Part shown: piece after piece, positions 56,871 through 64,000 of the stretch
Numbering within the stretch: the stretch's first letter is position 1
Layout of the letters: the number at the start of each line of letters is the position of its first letter
NCBI GenBank assembly: GCA_964036045.1
Contig: OZ038378.1
Location: forward strand, 4,402,001 to 4,466,000
Origin: Eutreptiella sp. 'Long Island Sound 2002'
Lineage: Eukaryota > Protista > Euglenida
Reading direction: 5' to 3'
Length of the DNA stretch: 64,000 nt
Program-made: the position numbers and the translations under genes
Notes under the pieces: model-generated
What the model was told of the DNA's origin: nothing
Databases searched by the model: none
What the model saw: the letters and a program-made list of their open reading frames with translations, nothing else

Positions 56871-59444
56871 TGCTGTTGCTGTGACTGCCTCAGTGTGTAC
56901 ATTCGTGCGTATATTAGTTCATGTGTGTGTGTGTGGGTGTGCAGATTCTGCAACTCCGAAGCCCCGCACCCTGCTTGCTGTGAAGTCTAGCACTATGGCA
57001 GCGTGTAGCGCCCCAGCGGTGCCTCAAGCCCGGTAGTGAGGGTGGTATGTGTGACGGTCATTTTGTGCCCACGTGTCCACCCCTTTTGTGTTCGTGCTTG
57101 CACGTGCACTGGTGTATGCGCTTCCTGGCATGTATGAAGTGCTTGTCGGCATTTGGTCGGATTAGCACTCACGTCAGGTCTGCAACCTGTCTGACAAATC
57201 GGGTGCACGTCTATACGCTGCTCTCCATTGTCAGTCACTCTTTCTTCTGCGCCCTTAGATCTTACCACCGCTTGTAACGCTGACCCCCACAAGTTGCACG
57301 TGGAATGCTCCCCTGCATTGGTGCGGCCCGAACATCCACTCCTTTACGGTGCATTTGATGCAGCATTCTGCACGTTGGCCCGCTCCCGTGGGCAACCGCA
57401 TTCGCCATAACCAGTGGAATCGGGACTGGGCACTAACGCCACGGCGCAACGCCGCATGCCAAGCAAAATGTGCGGTTCTCCAGGGAATTCTCCTTTGCTT
57501 TCTCCGAAGCTTTCGGTACTGGTGCCTTTTGGTCGTTCAGCACCGCGGCGGGGCTCACCACACCACTGCAGGCAGACCCTTTTGGCCCGCCCCTCTCGCG
57601 CCCATAGGTCATACGTCACGCAGGATCGTCAGTTTCACTCCATGACCTGATGTGACCACCACCGTGCACGTTCAAGAGACACATGTGGCGTTCGCATCCA
57701 GATTGCCGACAGGCATTGCGGGGCCAGGCCGTGGGCTTGCATGAACGTGCATCCTTTTTGTAGATCCGACTCGGTGACGCTGACACCTGCACATGTGAAG
57801 GGACCCCTGTCTGCTTTTTGGTGTGATCCCCATTCCTCCCACGAGCACCCCCAAATGTGCCGACTGTGCTTGGGATTTCCCTCTCCTGGATTCAGTGCAG
57901 GGCACCATAAGGTAGAGGCAGCTGCAGTTCTATCACTGCCTGCCACTGCAAGGAGTGCAATTGCTGTCATTCCTCAGTGTCATCTTGTTCAAAAGCCTTG
58001 ACCTTGACGCCTGATGCCCGGCCATGTGTCGTTCATAGTTCATAAAGCCCTTGTACTGCAGAAAGGCACTGGTTCTCTCAGCGTGAGAGCGGTACATCAT
58101 TAGCGTCATGTTTCTGTGCTTCTCCAATTGCAGGTGTCCTTGCATGTGCCTTGGTGCTGCTGGGGCATTCAGGGTGTTTGGGACAGGCGCGCAGTGCAAT
58201 GTTGTGAACACACCAACCTCAATATGTGGGCGGTGCAGATTTATGTCATGGGGGGTGGGTTGCGCCCCATTAAAGCACCCCACCCCCTGATATGTGGAAT
58301 GGTACTCTCAGGCGCGGATGGAAAAATGGAGTGGGAGGGAGGCAGGGAGGGAGGGGTATTTAAGATGGGATGGGCACAGGGCATCCTGCTCCTTGGGCAG
58401 GCAACAGTGAAATCGTAGCTCCCTCGGTCGCTCACCAGGGGGCCACTGGAAAAAAAGTTCGCAGGAATTTTTTTTCGAACCCCCCCCCCCTCCGGGGGTA
58501 CCCCCCGAAAAAAAAAGGTACTGCAGGTTTTTCACCCCATGTGTCTATACTCAAAATACTCAGTCTTTTCAGGAGAGCGCAATAATGGATGAAAAACATA
58601 TTAGACCAAATATCAACAGTGTATGTTGTAATTTGTGTCTTTTCTTTTGTGGGAGATGTGTGTAACAAAAAAATCGTCACGTCGTGTAATTTTTTTGGGC
58701 GGTAAGTTGTGTGAACCCGTTAGGCACATTGCCGAAAAAATAAAATTACATGACTCGACGATTTTTTTGTACACGAGTTACATTTTTCACATATCAATAC
58801 CATCCCTGAGCAGAGGGTTGTCAGAGTTGGCTTTTACCTGAGTTAAAAAGCAGTGGTGCTGTGTTTGGTGAATACCAAAAAACCTGGGGTAATCTTTTTT
58901 TTTAGATGCGAAATCTTTTTTTTAGATGCGCTAAAATTTAAGAAAAGTGCTAAAATTCACGTCAAAACAGCTAAAAAATCAGCAAAAACATCTAAAACAA
59001 AGATTTCGCATCTGAAAAAAAGATGCTCTACTAAAAAATAAGATGCCAACAAAACCTAAAATCTAAAACAAAAGTCATTTGCATGTTTAAAAGCGTCAAA
59101 AAATCAGAATCCTTTTTTTACATGGCCAGGTAAAAAGTGAGATTTTGGTAAAACTAAAAGAAAACAAAGCCAGGGGGTGGGAGGGGAGGCAGAAATGCAG
59201 TTCCTAGGGGCACCCGACTGGACGAATCATACACATTCCTTGGCGAACCCTGAATGACAAGGCACAAAGCAAAGAACGGCAAAGAATGCCAAACGTCCAC
59301 GTTGACCGCCATATGAAGATATTTCGAAAGAGCAATACTTGGGAATGAAATTATGTCCAAAACTGTGCTTGAAAACTACCTCTACGAGGCAACACCATTC
59401 GCCTTTGTGCACCGGAAAAAGCCTCTAAACAAAGTCTGAGCAAG

Positions 59445-59820
59445 GAATCTGAACGTTGGGATTGATTAGGCAGACAACAAAAGCTGTAGAAAATCAACAT
59501 ATAATGCAGGAACGGATGTGTTGAATGCAAGCTTCTTAGGAGTAGTTCACTAAGGCTGGCAGACACTGTACACTGTAGAAGAAATGAGCAGAAAAAACCG
59601 TGAAAAAATCTCCCTCGGAGCAAAGACTCAGCAAGGAATCCGGAACTTGGGACGAACTGAGCAGACTGCCAAAGCTCCAAAAAATGAGCATACAATGCAG
59701 AAACAGATGTGTTGGGATGCAAATGTCCCAAGAGTTGATGACCATGGCTGTCAGACACTGCAACAATGCACAGGAGAGTGAATAGCACGTTGTATTGCAA
59801 AAGAAATGAGCAGAAAAAAC
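59445..59820. repeat. Degenerate ~190-bp tandem duplication
   Basis: gaac.tggga...aatgcag.aac.gatgtgttg...ggctg.cagacactg...aagaaatgagcagaaaaaac occurs twice. Confidence 0.65.
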
Positions 59821-59911
59821 TTGGCTGGATCACTCTGCATCTAAAAGGACGTCCCCACTCAGCAACTATGACACACTGCTTGTGTGGACGGGCAAACAGT
59901 GGGGATCACTG

Positions 59912-61780
59912 TCATTCCTCTTCCATGTACTGATCATACACCTGCAGAAAGACACGCTGCCTCTTGAAAAACTTCTGATGCAATGCCATGATGCAATGAT
60001 GCAACCAGATTCTCCATAGCACCATCTTTGCTTTCCCAGTGTCTATGTTTTTCGGCTCAATTTGGCCAATGTTTCTCTCATGAGTTGACCCTTGCATCAC
60101 TTGCATCGCGCTCTACAACTGTGTTAAATAACTAATGTAGTTTATGATGCCCCATTTTTTCATTATTTTTACCGTTTTGTGCAGGTTTCGAATGGAACAG
60201 TGAGTACCCATAGTTTGGAGGCAACACACCACACTGTCGCACCGTGGAGATGCGTTCGAATCCCGGCATGTTGTTCTTCAAACTTTCACGGAGTTGAACA
60301 ATGTTGTATTCTCTGGGTGCATCCATCTACGTAGGGTGGTGTAACTAGGCCGAACCTTCTTGAATCATGTGTTCTTCAGCGCTTTCGGTAAAAATGTGTA
60401 GGGGTTGGAAGAACTCTATTCGTAACTGACAGATCTTTTTGATGCCTTTCGCGCTCCTAGCCACTCTAATATATCGAATTCGAGTAAGGGCCATAGCTTT
60501 GCATCGGCTTCCACCACCCATGTCTAATAGTGAACCAAGATACTCTGTTTTGGGGCATGTGAAATCACCGTTTCGTACCTTGATCCACCAATCATCTTCC
60601 TTCAGATAGTTGGTGCGAAGCAGCACACTATCAATGTGTGCTTTTGGAATGCTACCACGTTTAAGCAGCTGACCAGTGGCCGGTCTTTTCTTCAAGAGGC
60701 AAACTACTTGTGACATTATTTTCTGAAATATCGCTCACGCATTGCTGATTACAGGCATAACATATCATAATCGCAGAGATCCAACCCCTTTTGCCGGATA
60801 GCTAGAATCGTTGTTCAGCCGCACCTCAGGTTCATGAAATGATCACATTTTGTGTCATGCGTACAAGCAAGCAGAGCAATATGTGATGTCGCTGTCCTTT
60901 GCGGCATTGGTAGGACTACGTAACATAGTACAAATAGAACACGATGTCTACCTTTAGGCGCACAAGTGAGTCCAAAGTTGTTGCCATTCTTGTATGCACT
61001 TCAATAGAATACGGGTGTTCTTTTGAAAACACGAACCGCTGCGCGCCCAAATATCACATACAGCCTGCCATGACCAAAGGTGTGCAAACAAATGCTCATG
61101 TATACTTCTTGATAGCACTGGAAGTTTAACAAACTCCAAGTCTGTGGCAATGGAAGTGCGGAGAGGAATGACAATTGGCTGGCTTCCAAAACACATAGAG
61201 TTGAAACCGAGTTGAAATGTTTGAAAACAGATCAAAATGAGTAAAAGTGAAGATATGCCATTTTCAAAAAGACAATTGATGCACAATACCCGGGCAGAGT
61301 ACATTCCCTTCTGGTACGGGTGTCCAACACCACGAAATTTACGCTTGCCACACCCTTTCTTCTGTGAATGGCCCCGTCGGTGGATTTTGGATGCACTGAG
61401 AGAAAATTAATTTCCGCTGCATGTGTGCATGTATCCGGTGAAGTATTTTTGTTCTGTTGTTGTGTAGTGCGGTGATCAGCATGTGAGAAAAATATCAAGT
61501 GTCGTCAGAGCATGCAGCATTTGATGGGTTTTAGCTAGCGAAGCAGGAAGTCCTGTTAGCTTGGGATACGTACCGGGTGCATGATTTAGATGCCGATGAA
61601 TGTTAGCAGGTCATCTCCTATCGTAGCTTGTTGGTCGATATGATGTGTCTTAGCCCACGCAAACTGCACCCCCTTTTGGAAGAGAAGGACCCAAAAAACG
61701 ACAGCCCGAAAAACTATTCTTTTTGGACATTTGCAGCACACATGACCCAGGTACCACCGAGAAAACACAATTTTACCCAA
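59912..61780 (-). pseudogene. Decayed multi-exon gene of unknown product
   Basis: Protein-like blocks (KIMSQVVCLLKKRP...EDDWWIKVRNGDFTCPK...; MDAPREYNIVQLRESLK...) lie in one frame separated by TAG stops; plausible GT-AG intron at 60120-60172. Confidence 0.4.
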
Positions 61781-61902
61781 ATTGCTGGTTTTTTCCAGTT
61801 TTTGTTTTGTTAAAATAAACTATTATTTTGTCTGATTTGAAGGGTGTGTTTTACCAATGTTGTCGTTTTTGTATTTCGCAAAGCAACTAGTGCGTGCCGT
61901 TT

Positions 61903-63953
61903 CAAGAGCTCATTTTCAAAAATGACATTCTGCGGGTCTCCAGTTGCACCTATGTTTGTCCTGCGAAATAAATTGCTTTTTTATGTCCCTGAGTGCGCGA
62001 GGCCTCGCGCACTCAAGGTCACGGAAACAGTTGTGTACGGAAGACAACAAAAACAGGACACGAAGTACACAACGTACGAACACTGAAATAAAAGCTCGGC
62101 AAAAATGTAGAAGCCCTTGAGGGCATATAATTGCATTCGCGTCGAAGGCGAGTGCACGAGGCCTCGCGCACACATGACTGCAAAAAGAGGCAAAACACTT
62201 GGGTTAATGGTGACTTACTTCTTCTTCGGTCCAGCAACCTTAGCCAACCTGGAACCCAGGTTTCTTGCCACCGCACTTGTCCCACTTGGGGAGGCAACGG
62301 TACCACGAGACGGCTGGGCACCAGAACGCGAGGGCGGCTTGAAGTCTGCACTAGCACTCGCAGCAGTCTTCGCTTTCTTCTTCCGCTACTCCTTACCAGA
62401 TTCGGGACTTGCATCGAAGTGAGCGGCATGCCCGCTTGCGCTTCGGCTGGGTCTCCAGTACTTGCTCCGGATCCTCTTCTTCTTCCTCCTCGTCGGCATC
62501 GTCGGCGTCTGATTCCCCGGGCTTGTCCGATTCCTTCTCTTTTCCTTTCGCCTGCTTCTTGCTACTCGAGGGGGTTTCCTTTTTCGGCTGCAGTAGCCTG
62601 AGTTGGTACAACTTTGGCAGTCTTCTTCACCTTGGCTTGCATTGGCAAGGTAGGTGCAGGCGCAACAGGCTCAGTGTCATCAGCGGGGGCCTCAGTCACA
62701 ACCTCTTCTTGGACGGCTTCTGCAGCATGCACCTTCTGGTGCCCTTCATACCCTCGGTTGGTGTCCAAAACCCACAGTGGAATGCCACGCAGAAGCCACT
62801 CTTCTTGAGTATCCCAAGTTGCAGCTGTTGCTCCCTGCTCCGTCTGATCAGCCTCCAACATGTACCGCATGATGATTGCATGCTGCAGAGCACCTCCAAC
62901 GGCATTCGCAAGGTCCTTTTGCTTGATCGCTGACACAACCAGAAACCCCACTTTAGTCCTCCCCGACTCGTCCGACATTGCAATCCTTGCGGCCATAGCA
63001 GGCGTGTCGTCCACAACAACCACTGCATCAGCATGCCCACTGTCCAAAAGATATTTGTCCAGGTACCACAGCACGTGAATCAGAGGCATGAAACCACCGA
63101 GGTTCTTGTTCTGCATCTCTTCGAAATGTCCAGCGGAATACGTCACATAGTTCAGTAACTGTAAATGTGATGAATAAAGACGAATAACGGAGGCAGCAGT
63201 GCGCGAGGCCTCGCGCACACAACGGCATAGAAACCGGCGAAAGAAGCAGATATACCTGCTTATCCCAGCGACTCGTTGTTCCGATCCACATACAGTGCTC
63301 GTCAAACTGATACATGTTGCTTGTCACGGGACCCGATAACCAAGAGTATACCGGCAACCGGGCATGGTACAAAGGCACTGTGGTTGGATCCTTGTCCTCC
63401 TCCATACGCCACAGCCTCTGCATGTCGCGGCCAATACGGTGCACAACATCAGCCTCGCCATGGAAAAAGACGTCCTTCCCCAGCATCATCACATCCAACA
63501 GCCACTTCGGAACAAATCTTGCAGAGTCATATTCAACAAAAAGGTCAGCATTGATGACCCACAACGGGTACTGCAAATCCCGGAAACGGGCTGGTGATGT
63601 CTCTGCAATATCCTCAATAAGGCATGCCGTCAAAGCGAATTTGCTCCCTTGCTCGTCCTGCTTGGAGACATTGATCACGTCGCCAGTACTCAGCTGTGTC
63701 TGTGGCGGTGCCGATGATGGTGCCTCGGTCTTCCTTTGCAGTTGCTTCCGCACGGCCAGCGTCTGCGGTAATGGAGGTGCCCCCTTGTCCCCAGTCCGCC
63801 ACAGAGGTGCACTGGTCAACGTCTTCCACTTTGGCCACGGCGACCGGAACCTCGCACTTTTTGCGTCCTCCCAATAACCCCAATTTCCCAGCCCAATCTT
63901 CAGTTGCGTCGTGCCCAGCGCTGCGACTTCTGCTCGGATCTTCGCATTGGCAG
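61903..63953 (-). pseudogene. Disabled multi-exon gene of unknown product (exons 63953-63256, 63158-62219, 61960-61903)
   Basis: tgtacag|, cag|gtatat...tttacag| and aa|gtaagt...tttcgcag| junctions keep frame. A globular region is followed by an acidic/basic low-complexity tail. Apparent frameshifts near 62590 and 62435 and an in-frame TAG near 62388. Confidence 0.6.
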
Positions 63954-64000
63954 CTGTACAGATGTGAAAAAGGTGGTTGAGTGCGCGAGCCCTCGCGCAC

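Larger units (their letters stand above)
58436..64000 (-). mobile_element. Putative large decayed DNA element (right end beyond window) carrying two spliced minus-strand genes
   Basis: Shift to AT-richer DNA beginning at a CAGGGG followed by short hairpins (gttcg...cgaac, cggggg-ta-ccccccg); two coding-like but disabled genes; no diagnostic transposase motif recognised. Confidence 0.35.

Noticed and set aside
55307-56990. ORFs rich in HT, CV or VLCC, including the 350-aa ORF
   Set aside because: Translations of microsatellites.
1-64000. rRNA genes, spliced-leader RNA gene, telomeric TTAGGG arrays
   Set aside because: Looked for by eye and not seen.

Overview
Repeat-rich eukaryotic genomic DNA with GT-AG spliceosomal introns. 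A euglenozoan (probably euglenid) source is my inference from the gag-YR-RT gene order of its retroelement; the sequence does not prove this. Host genes on the + strand: the last two exons of an acyl-CoA dehydrogenase (3222-5178), a 3-exon orphan multi-pass membrane protein (15251-18449), a 3-exon ~959-aa CAP/SCP type I membrane protein (39747-46198), and a 3-exon membrane-anchored subtilisin-like protease (51859-55165). The most notable object is a near-complete ~6.06-kb tyrosine-recombinase retrotransposon (28969-35024) of VIPER/TATE-like organisation (gag, YR, RT/RNaseH, extra ORF; split direct repeats A1...B1-A2-spacer-B2). It sits inside a 25-bp palindromic minisatellite, joined through a shared AAAC core, and has a 19-bp hairpin at its B/A junction. 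Also present: several MITEs (one hAT-like with an 8-bp TSD, others with TA TSDs), two poly-C-ended elements carrying a homologous ~55-aa micro-ORF, PIF/Harbinger transposase remnants, a tRNA-Gly-like relic, a perfect 49-bp intronic hairpin, and many satellites. From ~58.4 kb to the end is an AT-richer block with two decayed minus-strand spliced genes; every predicted intron of the distal gene carries the same 20-bp GC palindrome. All calls are by eye; no searches were run.
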